Positions 1-10,861 of a stretch of 32,000 bases of DNA are shown piece by piece. The stretch comes from Buchnera aphidicola str. APS (Acyrthosiphon pisum) (GTDB lineage Bacteria > Pseudomonadota > Gammaproteobacteria > Enterobacterales > Enterobacteriaceae). The number at the start of each line of letters is the position of its first letter. Position 1 is the stretch's first letter. The position numbers and the translations under genes were made by a program. The stretch spans positions 270,001 to 302,000 of the forward strand of contig NC_002528.1 of NCBI RefSeq assembly GCF_000009605.1, read 5' to 3'. The notes beneath the pieces were generated by a model that had not been told where the DNA came from, did no database searches, and saw only the letters and a list, made by a program, of their open reading frames with translations.

Positions 1-1764
1 GTAATTGAATCGTTTGGTCATTTTTTAGTAGGTGGTAATTTTGCTATTGGAATAGTGGTATTTATAATCTTAGTTATTATTAATTTTATTGTTATTACAA
101 AAGGTGCTAGCAGAATCGCGGAAGTTGGTGCTCGATTTATATTAGATGCTATGCCAGGGAAACAAATGGCAATAGATGCAGATTTAAATGCAGGTTTGAT
201 TGGGGAAGAAAAAGCTAAAAAACGTCGTATAAAAATTACACAAGAAGCTGATTTTTACGGTTCTATGGATGGTGCTAGTAAGTTTGTACGTGGAGATGCA
301 ATTGCTGGCATTTTAATAATGGTCATTAATATTTTTGGAGGTTTAATTATTGGCTTAATACAACATCATATGTTCTTAAACAAGGCAGTAGAAGTCTATA
401 CTTTATTAACTATCGGAGATGGTTTAGTTGCTCAAATTCCAGCTTTAGTTATTTCTACTGCAGCAGGTGTGATTGTAACACGTGTAAGTAGCAATCAAAA
501 CGTTGGAGAACAAATGGCAAGTCAATTATTTTATAATCCTCAAGTTATTTTATTAAGTGCGATAGTATTAGGAGTTCTTGGTTTAGTTCCAGGAATGCCA
601 AATATTATCTTTTTAGTATTTACAGTTTTATTATTTATTCTTTCTTGGTGGTTGTATGAAAAAAAATATGATCTAGAAAATGATTTTATAAAATCTAATA
701 AAAAATATAAATTTATACATGATGCCATCTCAGAAGCATCTTGGAATGATGTTGAATTAGAAGATCCAATTCGAATAGAAATAGGTTACAAGTTAACACC
801 AATGACTGATATTAATAAAAAAGGTGACTTATTAGATAGAATTCGTATAGTTCGTAAAAAAGTTGCTCAAGAAATTGGTTTTTTACCTCCATTAGTACGT
901 ATTAAAAACAATATGCATTTATCTGGAAATTCTTATCGTATTTTTATTAAAGGTGTTGAAGTAGGTCAAGGAAAGTGTTTTTATGGACGTTTTATGGCGA
1001 TTCATTCAGGCCGTGAAACAGAATCTTTGCCTTTTGAAAAAGTATATGAACCTACTTTTGGTTTATCTGGCTATTGGATTGATGAAGAATTTAAAAATAA
1101 AGCTCAAAAAAAGGGTTATTCTGTTATAGAATCTAGCGTTGTACTTTCAACACATTTAAATTTTTTAATTACTAATCATATTGATGATTTATTTGGTCGT
1201 CAAGAAGCTCAACAATTGTTAGAACGCGTTACGATAGACCATCCAAAATTAACTGAAGATTTAATTCCAAATACAATTAATTTAACCATTTTTCATAAAA
1301 TTCTTAGAAATTTATTATTAGAACATGTTCCAATACGTGATATGAGAACTATTTTAGAAACATTATCTGAACATGCGGATACTCAAAAAGATCCTAATGA
1401 ATTAACTAGTATCGTGCGTATTGCATTAAGAAAAATTATTATACAAAAATTATTTAATCAAAACAATATTATCGAAATAATAGGACTAGAACCTAATTTA
1501 GAACGATTATTACTAAATAGTTTAAAATCTGGAACTGATACTATAGAACCTAATTTATCTGAAAATTTGTTAATACAAACAAAAGAAGCGATCAAAAAAC
1601 AATTGTTAATAGGTTCTCCTCTAGTGTTATTAGTCCGTCATTCTTTACGATATTTTTTATCAAAATTTTTACGTCAAAATTTTCCAGAACTAACTGTTTT
1701 GTCTCAATTTGAGATTATAGATGTAAAAGAAATAAAAATGACTAATATTATTGGTACTTCATGA
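1..1764 (+). CDS. flhA: Flagellar/type III export apparatus protein FlhA, 5'-truncated by the window edge
   Basis: The frame is open from nt 1 ([29 protein letters not shown]...). It matches E. coli FlhA motifs as I recall them: [55 protein letters not shown]. The GTG at 55 in the ORF track is internal. Stop TGA at 1762-1764. Confidence 0.95.
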   Translation, partial: [587 protein letters not shown]

Positions 1765-1788
1765 TAGATAAAATTAGTTTTTTGTATA

Positions 1789-1855
1789 CAGATTGGTGCG
1801 GTGATAAGTAGTACCATGTTAGTGCTACATTATTTCCTCACCTTGCTGGTTTTTT
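1789..1855 (+). terminator. Candidate intrinsic terminator or structured RNA downstream of flhA (GC-rich island ending in T6)
   Basis: Hand-folded. CAG(1789-91)/CUG(1846-48), GGUG(1795-98)/CACC(1839-42) and GG(1800-01)/CC(1836-37) enclose a hairpin GUAGUAC(1808-14), 7-nt loop, GUGCUAC(1822-28). The structure is followed by G plus TTTTTT (1850-1855). It is clearly more GC-rich than the surrounding spacer. Confidence 0.35.
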
Positions 1856-1887
1856 AGGACAAATAGATGTCATATAAATTAATATTT

Positions 1888-3612
1888 TTACATTTTTTTT
1901 ACTACTCTAATACCAAGCATATTAAGTCCTTTTTTTAATGTTTTAGCTGTTAAAATAGATAATTTAAGTCTACTTTTACAAGTTTTTATTTTTTTGGGAA
2001 AAAGTATAGAACAATTCTCATAAAAATGAGAAAAACTAGTTGCAAGATGATAAAGATACTTACATAAAATATGAGGGGTTCCTTTTTGAGAAATTAATAA
2101 AATGATTTCTTCAAATTCTAATATTTTAATTGCTAGATTAATTTCGCTTTCTTTTGTTAAAAAAATCTTTTCTTTTAGTTTCTTTATAGGCATATTAGAT
2201 TTTTTTAAAATAGAAACAATTCTTGTATAAGCATACTGTATATAGGGCGCTGTATTACCCTCAAAGCTTAACATTTCGTTCCAATCAAATATATAATTAG
2301 TATTTCTATTTTTAGATAAATCTGCGTATTTGACTGCGCCGACACCGATGATATTAGATAATTGATTTAGTTTTTTTTTAGATAAGTTAGGTTGTTTATT
2401 TTTAATTAAACGCATCGCCCTTTCTGTAGCTTCATCAAGAAGTGCAGAAAGTTTTATAGTATCACCATCACGAGTTTTAAATGGACGTTTATCTTTTGAT
2501 AGCATCATTCCAAAGATATGATGTTCTAATAATAAATTTTGAGATATATAAAGAGCTTTTTTGGCTATAGTCCACGCTTGTAGTAAATGCTGGTGCTGTC
2601 GAGAATCAGTGTAATATATAATACGATCGGCATGTAATACTTGATATCTATATTTTAAACAAGCGATATCAGTAGTAGAATATAAAAACCCTTTGTCTTT
2701 TTTCTGAATAACAACACCCATGGGTTCTCCTAATCTATTCTTGAATTCTTTTAAAAAAACAATTGTAGAACCGTTTTTTTCTATTGCTATTTTTTTATTC
2801 TTAAGATCTTCAATAATATTAGGAAGCATTTTATTGTATATACTCTCTCCCATTGTATGTTTTTTTTTTAAAGTAACATGTAGCCTTTTATATATTTTAC
2901 AATTTTCTAACATTGTGATGGATACTAATTTTTTCCAAATAGAATAACAATATTGATCACCATTTTGTAATTTTACTACGTATTCTCTAGATTTTTCTGC
3001 AAATAATTGATCAATATCATATTTTTTTTTCGCCTTGCAGTAGTATTCCTCTAATTTCATAAGGGATAAAGGACTATTTACGAGTTTTTTAACTTCTAAA
3101 TATGCAATCAACATACCAAATTGAGTACCCCAGTCACCAATATGATTTGCTCTAATTACATTATGACCTAAAAAATCTAATATTCTAGCCATAACATCGC
3201 CAATTATTGTTGAACGTAAATGTCCAATATGCATTTCTTTTGCAATATTTGGCGAAGAATAATCTATTACAATATTTTGTGCATTTACGTGATTTATGCC
3301 AAGACGAGGTGAAAGAAAAATTTTTTCTAATTGTTCAGATATCCAATATGGATTAATAAGAAAATTAATAAAACCTGGTTGAGAGAATGTTATTTCTTTA
3401 TACATGTATTTTTTTTTAATATTGAGAATTATTCTATTAGCTAATTCAAATGGTTTTAAGTTTGATATATTAGCTATTTTTATTAGATTGTTAAGTTGGT
3501 AATGCCCTATTTTTGTTTTTTTATTTAATGTAATAACGGGATCGCAGTTTATGATAGCAATTTTAATTAAAGCATCTTGGATATCTTCTTTGATTGTATT
3601 TTTCAAGTTCAT
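1888..3612 (-). CDS. argS: Arginine--tRNA ligase
   Basis: 574 aa, close to the 577 aa of E. coli ArgS. Class I HIGH motif (SPNIAKEMHIGHLRS) and ArgRS-type body and C-terminal anticodon-binding region. ATG start at 3612. Confidence 0.95.
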   Translation of the reverse strand: MNLKNTIKEDIQDALIKIAIINCDPVITLNKKTKIGHYQLNNLIKIANISNLKPFELANRIILNIKKKYMYKEITFSQPGFINFLINPYWISEQLEKIFLSPRLGINHVNAQNIVIDYSSPNIAKEMHIGHLRSTIIGDVMARILDFLGHNVIRANHIGDWGTQFGMLIAYLEVKKLVNSPLSLMKLEEYYCKAKKKYDIDQLFAEKSREYVVKLQNGDQYCYSIWKKLVSITMLENCKIYKRLHVTLKKKHTMGESIYNKMLPNIIEDLKNKKIAIEKNGSTIVFLKEFKNRLGEPMGVVIQKKDKGFLYSTTDIACLKYRYQVLHADRIIYYTDSRQHQHLLQAWTIAKKALYISQNLLLEHHIFGMMLSKDKRPFKTRDGDTIKLSALLDEATERAMRLIKNKQPNLSKKKLNQLSNIIGVGAVKYADLSKNRNTNYIFDWNEMLSFEGNTAPYIQYAYTRIVSILKKSNMPIKKLKEKIFLTKESEINLAIKILEFEEIILLISQKGTPHILCKYLYHLATSFSHFYENCSILFPKKIKTCKSRLKLSILTAKTLKKGLNMLGIRVVKKM

Positions 3613-3864
3613 AATAAAACCTTGTTTTGTATGATATTAAATGAAACATATTAACCTTATTCTCTAAAAAATAATAAAATATATGTTTAAATAATTACTT
3701 ATTTAATTGAGCTATAATTTAAATTAATTTATCATATATGTTCTATTTTATTAATTTTTAATTATTTATTAATTATTATTTTAGAAAATTTTTCTTGTAT
3801 TAAATATAAAAACAATCTTCTTCTACAAATAAATGTAAAAATTAAAAATTTTTTCATAAAAAGG

Positions 3865-3893
3865 TTGACAGTAGAATAAAAAAAATGTAATCT
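3865..3893 (+). promoter_or_regulatory. Candidate sigma70 promoter of the 16S rRNA unit
   Basis: Perfect -35 TTGACA at 3865-3870. A 17-nt spacer precedes TAATCT (3888-3893), which keeps the conserved T, A and final T. Alternatively TGTAAT with a 15-nt spacer. A/T-rich UP-like DNA lies upstream. The site is about 145 nt upstream of mature 16S and upstream of boxA. Confidence 0.5.
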
Positions 3894-3920
3894 CTTAATC
3901 TAAAGTTTTAAATATAAAAA

Positions 3921-3933
3921 CGCTCTTTAAAAA
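3921..3933 (+). promoter_or_regulatory. rrn antitermination boxA-like element
   Basis: CGCTCTTTAAAAA versus the E. coli rrn boxA TGCTCTTTAACAA. It lies between the promoter and the processing stem, as in enterobacterial rrn leaders. Confidence 0.6.
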
Positions 3934-3937
3934 TATA

Positions 3938-3958
3938 TTAGATAATCTGTGTGGGCAC
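3938..3958 (+). other. 5' arm of the 16S precursor processing stem (RNase III-type)
   Basis: TTAGATAATCTGTGTGGGCAC is complementary to 5606-5626 (GTGCCCACACAAATTATCTAA) at 20 of 21 positions. The two arms bracket the mature 16S. Confidence 0.75.
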
Positions 3959-4036
3959 AGACAATTAAGTACAAAAAATTTATTTTTTTATTTAAAATAT
4001 CTTAAAGATTTTTTCTTTAAGATTAAAAAAGTTTTT

Positions 4037-5584
<1,548 letters not shown>

Positions 5585-5605
5585 AAAATATATACTTTTT
5601 TGAAA

Positions 5606-5626
5606 GTGCCCACACAAATTATCTAA
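5606..5626 (+). other. 3' arm of the 16S precursor processing stem
   Basis: Reverse complement of 3938-3958 with a single C/A mismatch. It starts 22 nt after the 16S 3' end. Confidence 0.75.
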
Positions 5627-5639
5627 TAAAAAAATTAGA

Positions 5640-5716
<77 letters not shown>

Positions 5717-5730
5717 ATAAAAAATCATCT

Positions 5731-5803
5731 GGGGCTATAGCTCAGCTGGGAGAGCGCCTGCCTTGCACGCAGGAGGTCAGCGGTTCAATCCCGCTTAGCT
5801 CCA
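5731..5803 (+). tRNA. tRNA-Ala (anticodon TGC), no encoded CCA
   Basis: GGGGCTATAGCTCAGCTGGGAGAGCGCCTGCCTTGCACGCAGGAGGTCAGCGGTTCAATCCCGCTTAGCTCCA is nearly identical to the E. coli alaT-type spacer tRNA. The G3:U70 identity pair is retained (GGG.../...TCC). The discriminator A at 5803 is followed by AAAA. Confidence 0.95.
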
Positions 5804-6550
5804 AAAATCTTTTTTTAATCTTAATCTTTTAAAAACTTCAAAATCAGTGCACGTACTTTTTAATCCAATTGATTTCTTAACATAATTATCATTTGTTCTT
5901 AAAAATAAATTAATTTTTTTTTCGAAAAAAATATAAGAAGGCAAGCTAGACTGACCTAGTTTCAATTTTATTTCAATTTTTTTTAAATATAATTTAATAA
6001 AATTATCATTAGGCAAAATAAACATAGAAAACTGTAAATTAGATAATGTGTATTCATGAGAACAGCACAAAAGAGTGCTATCTGGAAGAGACGAAATAAT
6101 TTTTATAGAACGATACATTTCTAAATGTTTATTTTTAAAAACACGTCCGCAACCTGCCGAAAATAAAGTATCTCCGCAAAAAATATATGGTTGACTATAA
6201 TAAGAAACGTGACCTGATGTATGACCTGGAGTAAAAAAAACATAAAATATCTTATCTAATAAGATAATCCTATCTCCATGAGATACAATTTTATTGACAC
6301 CGTGCTGTCTTGTTTCTTTTGGTCCAAAAACGCTTATTTTTGGAAAATATTCAATAATTTTTCTTGTTCCTCCCGTATGGTCAATATGATTATGAGTTAA
6401 TAAAATAGCTCTTAGGCGCCATTTTTTTCTCTCTATTTCTTGTATAATAGGCTCAGATAATCCAGGATCTATAATTATGCAGGAACCGCTGGTATTTAAA
6501 AGAACCCAAACATAGTTATCTGATAAAATCGATATTTTTTTTAATATCAT
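5795..6550 (-). CDS. gloB: Hydroxyacylglutathione hydrolase (glyoxalase II)
   Basis: 251 aa, the same length as E. coli GloB. Metallo-beta-lactamase motif THNHIDHTGG (THxHxDH), plus TPGHTSGH and CCSHEYTLSN. The stop codon and last two sense codons (5795-5803) overlap the tRNA-Ala 3' end on the opposite strand. Confidence 0.93.
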   Translation of the reverse strand: MILKKISILSDNYVWVLLNTSGSCIIIDPGLSEPIIQEIERKKWRLRAILLTHNHIDHTGGTRKIIEYFPKISVFGPKETRQHGVNKIVSHGDRIILLDKIFYVFFTPGHTSGHVSYYSQPYIFCGDTLFSAGCGRVFKNKHLEMYRSIKIISSLPDSTLLCCSHEYTLSNLQFSMFILPNDNFIKLYLKKIEIKLKLGQSSLPSYIFFEKKINLFLRTNDNYVKKSIGLKSTCTDFEVFKRLRLKKDFWS

Positions 6551-6590
6551 AATTTTTTTATATTTTATTTTTATTCGAAAAAATTAAAAA

Positions 6591-7060
6591 TTATAATTTA
6601 CTATTTTCATAGTAAGTATCTTTTATTGAAGGATTTTTAGCAGACTGCCGTGCTATCATATCGCATCTTTCATTTTCTAAGTGCCCGATATGAGCTTTAA
6701 CCCAAAACCAAGTGACTAAATGTTTTTTAAGAGCAGTATTAATACGTAACCATAAGTCTATATTTTTTACAGATTTTTTTTTGGCAGTTTTCCATTTTTT
6801 TTTTTCCATATAGGCATCCAATCAATAATTCCTTTTTTTACATATAAACTATCTGTTGTAATTTCAACATGACATGATTGATTAAGAAACTCTAATCCTG
6901 ATATTACGGCCATTAATTCCATGCGATTATTAGTAGTTAAATGAAATCCTGAAGTTAATATTTTTTCATGCTTTTTGTAGCGTAAAATTGTGCCATATCC
7001 TCCTGCACCAGGATTACCTAAACAGGACCCATCTGTAAACATTTTAACTATTTTTAACAT
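6591..7060 (-). pseudogene. rnhA: Ribonuclease HI, interrupted by a frameshift in an A11 tract (potentially slippage-rescued)
   Basis: ORF 6767-7060 ([23 protein letters not shown]...NNRMELMA...TDS...WKKK) matches the N-terminal two-thirds of RNase HI. ORF 6591-6821 carries [16 protein letters not shown]...GHLENERCD, the C-terminal third. The frames switch inside T11 at 6795-6805, which is A11 on the coding strand. Confidence 0.9.
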
Positions 7061-7112
7061 AATAATAGTAATTCCAAATAATTTTAATTATATTTACGTC
7101 ATTGAAAATATT

Positions 7113-7826
7113 ATGAATAGAAAAAGAACAATTATATTAGATACAGAAACAACAGGTATAAATCAAACAAGTCTTCCTCATATAAACCATAGAATTATAG
7201 AAATAGGAGCTGTTGAAATCATTGATCGTTGTTTCACAGGAAATAATTTTCATGTATATATTCAACCCGGCAGATCAATAGAGTCTGGAGCATTAAAAGT
7301 TCATGGTATTACTAATAAATTTTTATTAGATAAACCTATTTTTAAAGATATTGCTGATTCATTTTTAAATTATATTAAAAATTCTATATTAGTTATTCAT
7401 AATGCTTCGTTCGATGTAGGATTTATAAATCAAGAACTAGAAATATTAAATAAGAAAATCAAAATTAATACATTTTGTTCTATTATTGATACATTAAAAA
7501 TTGCCCGGGAATTATTTCCTGGAAAAAAAAATACATTAGATGCTTTATGTACACGTTATAAGATAAATAAATCTCATAGAAATCTACATAGTGCGATAGT
7601 AGACTCTTATCTTTTAGGTAAATTGTATCTTTTAATGACTGGCGGTCAAGATTCTTTGTTTTCTGATAATACAATTAATTATAAAGAAAATTTTAAAAAA
7701 TTGAAAAAAAATATTCAATTAAAAAATAATACTTTAAGGATATTACATCCTACACTAAAAGAAAATGATTTACATGAAAAATATCTACAATACATGAAAG
7801 ATAAAAGTACATGTTTATGGAATTAA
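7113..7826 (+). CDS. dnaQ: DNA polymerase III epsilon subunit (3'-5' proofreading exonuclease)
   Basis: MNRKRTIILDTETTG...IIEIGAVE...VIHNASFDVGF...HSAIVDSYLLGKLY gives the ExoI, ExoII and ExoIII-epsilon motifs. It is divergent from rnhA as in E. coli. The ORF-track start at 6990 is an artefactual extension antisense to rnhA. The ATG at 7113 gives 237 aa against 243 in E. coli. Confidence 0.93.
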   Translation: MNRKRTIILDTETTGINQTSLPHINHRIIEIGAVEIIDRCFTGNNFHVYIQPGRSIESGALKVHGITNKFLLDKPIFKDIADSFLNYIKNSILVIHNASFDVGFINQELEILNKKIKINTFCSIIDTLKIARELFPGKKNTLDALCTRYKINKSHRNLHSAIVDSYLLGKLYLLMTGGQDSLFSDNTINYKENFKKLKKNIQLKNNTLRILHPTLKENDLHEKYLQYMKDKSTCLWN

Positions 7827-7852
7827 TTATAAAATAAATATAAAAAAGATCA

Positions 7853-7881
7853 TTGACTGATTTTTTTAAAATATGTACAAT
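7853..7881 (+). promoter_or_regulatory. Near-consensus sigma70 promoter for tRNA-Asp
   Basis: TTGACT (7853-7858), an exactly 17-nt spacer, then TACAAT (7876-7881). The tRNA starts 17 nt downstream of the -10 element. Confidence 0.65.
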
Positions 7882-7897
7882 ATAAAGATACAAACAA

Positions 7898-7971
7898 GGT
7901 GTGGTAGTTCAGTTGGTTAGAATACCGGCCTGTCACGCCGGGGGTCGCGGGTTCGAGTCCCGTCCGCACCG
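7898..7971 (+). tRNA. tRNA-Asp (anticodon GTC), no encoded CCA
   Basis: GGTGTGGTAGTTCAGTTGGTTAGAATACCGGCCTGTCACGCCGGGGGTCGCGGGTTCGAGTCCCGTCCGCACCG. The D-arm and T-arm are identical to E. coli tRNA-Asp. The anticodon loop is CTGTCAC. The discriminator G is followed by a poly-A run. Confidence 0.95.
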
Positions 7972-8051
7972 AAAAAAATATTATATAAATATGTTATTTT
8001 AATACTAAATATTTACTTATTTTCCATTAAAAAGTTGAAAAATTTAAAATT

Positions 8052-8633
8052 ATGTATAAAAAAATAATTTTTTCTGAATTTAACTCTGCGTCAAAAATAT
8101 TAAAAAATTTTTTAGAAGATAAAAAACAAATAGAAAATATTCAAAAAGCAGCTATTCTAATTGCTCAATCATTTAAAAACGAAAAAAAAGTAATTTCTTG
8201 TGGAAACGGAGGTTCACATTGTGATGCAGTACATTTTTCAGAAGAATTAACTAGTGTATATAGAAAAAAAAGATCCGGATATCCCGCAATCTCCATTTCA
8301 GATAGTAGTTATATTTCTGCAGTAGGGAATGATTTTGGATACGATCAAATATTTTCACGATTTATTCAAAGTGTTGGTCATTTAGGAGATATATTATTAG
8401 CTATTTCTACTTCCGGAAATTCTTTAAATATAGTAAGAGCAATAGAAGAAGCAAAGAAAAAGAAAATGAAAGTAATCGTTTTAACAGGAAACAATGCAGG
8501 TAAAATTAAAAACTTATCTGATATAGAAATTTGTATTCCTCATTGCGGGTATTCAGATCGGATACAAGAAATGCATATTAAAATTATTCATATATTAATA
8601 TTAATTATCGAAAAAGAAATGCAAAAAAATTAA
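8052..8633 (+). CDS. gmhA: Phosphoheptose isomerase (sedoheptulose-7-phosphate isomerase)
   Basis: 193 aa. [25 protein letters not shown] and [15 protein letters not shown] align along the full length with E. coli GmhA (LpcA). Confidence 0.93.
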   Translation: MYKKIIFSEFNSASKILKNFLEDKKQIENIQKAAILIAQSFKNEKKVISCGNGGSHCDAVHFSEELTSVYRKKRSGYPAISISDSSYISAVGNDFGYDQIFSRFIQSVGHLGDILLAISTSGNSLNIVRAIEEAKKKKMKVIVLTGNNAGKIKNLSDIEICIPHCGYSDRIQEMHIKIIHILILIIEKEMQKN

Positions 8634-8739
8634 CGAATTATTCAATAATTAATCGTTACTACATTAAAATCCTATAATAATTTTCAAGTAATTTCCGCTT
8701 TTTAATAAATACTATTTTATAGTTTCGGAATTTCTTTTC

Positions 8740-9216
8740 ATGAGTGAGAAATACATTGTCACCTGGGATATGCTTCAAATTCATACTAGAAAACTAGCTA
8801 ACCGATTAGTTAAAAAAATTCATTCTTGGAATGGAATCATTGCTGTAAGTAGAGGAGGTCTTGTTCCATCAGCTTTGTTAGCAAGAGAGTTAGGTCTAAG
8901 ATGCGTCGATACTGTGTGCATTGAAAGTTATAATTATGATTGTTTAAAAGAAAATAGAAAAATCATTAAAAAAGCAGAAGGTAATGGAGAAAAAATTATT
9001 GTAATAGACGATCTAGTAGATACTGGTGGCACTGCAAAAATTATTAGAAAATTATATCCAAAAGCATGCTTTGTAACTATTTTTGCAAAACCAATGGGTC
9101 GTTCATTAGTAGATAATTATATTATAGATATTCCTCAAAACGTATGGATCGAACAACCATGGGATATGTCCATTTCTTATATTCCCCCTCTTATTCAAAA
9201 TTATAAAATCAAATAA
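8740..9216 (+). CDS. gpt: Xanthine-guanine phosphoribosyltransferase
   Basis: The N-terminus [20 protein letters not shown] is almost identical to E. coli Gpt. PRPP-binding loop [12 protein letters not shown], and WIEQPWDM near the C-terminus. Confidence 0.95.
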   Translation: MSEKYIVTWDMLQIHTRKLANRLVKKIHSWNGIIAVSRGGLVPSALLARELGLRCVDTVCIESYNYDCLKENRKIIKKAEGNGEKIIVIDDLVDTGGTAKIIRKLYPKACFVTIFAKPMGRSLVDNYIIDIPQNVWIEQPWDMSISYIPPLIQNYKIK

Positions 9217-9316
9217 AAAAATAATATTATTTCTCTTAAGAAATCTTTAATATAATGATTGTTAATGAAAATAAAATTTTCCAAAATAAATACATACTGC
9301 AAAAAAGGATGTTTTT

Positions 9317-9901
9317 ATGATACATAACGAAGAAGAACAATTAGAAAAAAAAATTGAAAAAAATCAAGATCCAAAAATAAATCATAAAAAATATGACAGT
9401 GATAATTTAATAAAAAAAAATTTAATTCAATTTTTAGAAATACAACTAAAAGAATCTGAAGAAAAAATAATAGAAAAAGAAGAAATAGTTGAAAAAGAAA
9501 TAGTATTAATACATAATAGATTTAATAAAGAGATTGAAAAATCTATAAAATTTTCTTTAGAAAAAATAATTATAGACTTCCTTCCTATTATTGATAATAT
9601 TGAACGTGCATTAAACTTAATAGAAACAATTAATTTAAAACAAGAAAAGTACACAGAAATTTTAAAAAAATTGCAATTTATTTGTAATCTGTTAGAAAAA
9701 TTTTTTTATTTATTTAATATTAAAAAAATTAATGATACAAATGTATTGTTTAATCCGTCTATTCATCAAGCAATGTCTATTCATTATACTAATGACATAA
9801 TATCTAATCAAATAGTCACAGTTATGCAGTCAGGTTATATTTTACATAAATCTCGTTTGTTACGTCCTGCTATGGTTGTAGTGTCTAAAGAAAAAATATA
9901 A
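9317..9901 (+). CDS. grpE: Nucleotide exchange factor GrpE
   Basis: 194 aa. The C-terminal two-thirds align with E. coli GrpE (KFSLEKIIIDFLPIIDNIERAL; FNPSIHQAMS; MQSGYILHKSRLLRPAMVVVSK). The N-terminus is lysine/glutamate-rich and low-complexity. SD GGA lies 8 nt upstream. Confidence 0.9.
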   Translation: MIHNEEEQLEKKIEKNQDPKINHKKYDSDNLIKKNLIQFLEIQLKESEEKIIEKEEIVEKEIVLIHNRFNKEIEKSIKFSLEKIIIDFLPIIDNIERALNLIETINLKQEKYTEILKKLQFICNLLEKFFYLFNIKKINDTNVLFNPSIHQAMSIHYTNDIISNQIVTVMQSGYILHKSRLLRPAMVVVSKEKI

Positions 9902-9979
9902 AAATAATATGTTTTTTAGGTTTAATAATATTGTAAAGTATTTTAATTGTTATTAAATCTAAAAATTTTATTAAAAATA

Positions 9980-10279
9980 TTAATATATTTTTTTTAATTT
10001 TTTTGATAAAAAAACATTATTTCTTCTCCATTCTTTTGGATCTATAGTTAAATTTCTATAAATTTCAATTCTATCTCCATCTTTGATTTTGAATTTTAAA
10101 TGTACGGTCTTATTGTATATTCCTATTCTGTTGTGATGAAATGAAACGTCATTTGTTAAATTTAACAAATTTGATTTTAAAATAGCATCTTTTACAGTAG
10201 ATCCTAATGCAATATCAACCTGACAAATATATTGAATTTTTGGTAAAGCATAGACAACGGTTACTTTTATGATCTTCAT
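9980..10279 (-). CDS. yfjF: RnfH-family ubiquitin-fold protein (UPF0125; E. coli YfjF/RatB orthologue)
   Basis: 99 aa. VVYALP.KQY...V..G.TV..AI..S.L...GIY.....L......[16 protein letters not shown] matches E. coli YfjF. It is divergent from smpB as in E. coli. Confidence 0.85.
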   Translation of the reverse strand: MKIIKVTVVYALPKIQYICQVDIALGSTVKDAILKSNLLNLTNDVSFHHNRIGIYNKTVHLKFKIKDGDRIEIYRNLTIDPKEWRRNNVFLSKKLKKIY

Positions 10280-10372
10280 ATTTTTATAAATTTTTTTATT
10301 TTTTATTTTTTAATTTTATATAAAAAGATTGTTTTTATTTTAACTTATTTTACTTTTGGAATAAATTAAATT

Positions 10373-10861
10373 ATGTTGCAAAAAAAAAAATATCAAAAAA
10401 AATCATCTAAAATTATAATTAATAAAAAAGCATATTATAATTATTTCATAGAAAAAGTATTTCAATCCGGTTTAGTTTTAGAAGGCTGGGAAATCAAATC
10501 TATTAGATCAGGTAAAGTAAATATTTCGGAAAGTTATATAATAAATGATCGTAATGAGATGTATCTTTGTAATTGCTTAATTGAACCTTTGCAAATGTCT
10601 TCAAATCGTTTTTCTTGTGATCCGACAAGAAAGAAAAAATTATTATTGCATAAAAATGAAATTGATTTTTTATCTCTTAAAAAAAAAAATACAGGATACA
10701 CAATGGTATCATTATCTCTATTTTGGAAAAAATCTTGGTGTAAGTTAGAATTTGGATTAGCTAAAGGAAAAACTGCACAAGATAAAAGAATAAATTTAAA
10801 AAAAAGAGAATGGGAACAAGAAAAATTAAAAATACTTAAAAAAACTAAAGAAACATACTAA
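10373..10861 (+). CDS. smpB: SsrA(tmRNA)-binding protein SmpB
   Basis: 162 aa. [40 protein letters not shown] and GYT.VSLSL.WKK.WCK align with E. coli SmpB. It contains an in-frame A11 tract at 10380-10390. Confidence 0.93.

Noticed and set aside
3999-4023. A 10-bp perfect hairpin ATCTTAAAGA-TTTTT-TCTTTAAGAT just upstream of the mature 16S 5' end
   Set aside because: It is almost entirely A/T, with one G-C pair per arm, and so thermodynamically weak. A/T-only palindromes of this size are expected by chance in spacers this AT-rich. It may be part of the leader fold, but I cannot support that from sequence alone.
6990-7112. N-terminal extensions in the ORF track: dnaQ from 6990, mnmA from 16430, hflD from 17626, rnb from 21451, lepA to 16312, yciB to 31080, yciC to 31863, hns to 27919
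   Set aside because: The extensions begin at alternative (TTG or GTG) or upstream codons. They have no counterpart in the E. coli orthologues and in some cases overlap neighbouring genes. Internal ATGs align with orthologue starts, give orthologue-like lengths, and often have an SD.
9217-9316. A sigma32 heat-shock promoter upstream of grpE (CTTAAGAAA resembles the CTTGAAA -35 element)
   Set aside because: No CCCCATnT-like -10 element sits at the right spacing. Only an A/T hexamer (TATAAT) follows, at an unsuitable distance. The evidence is insufficient.
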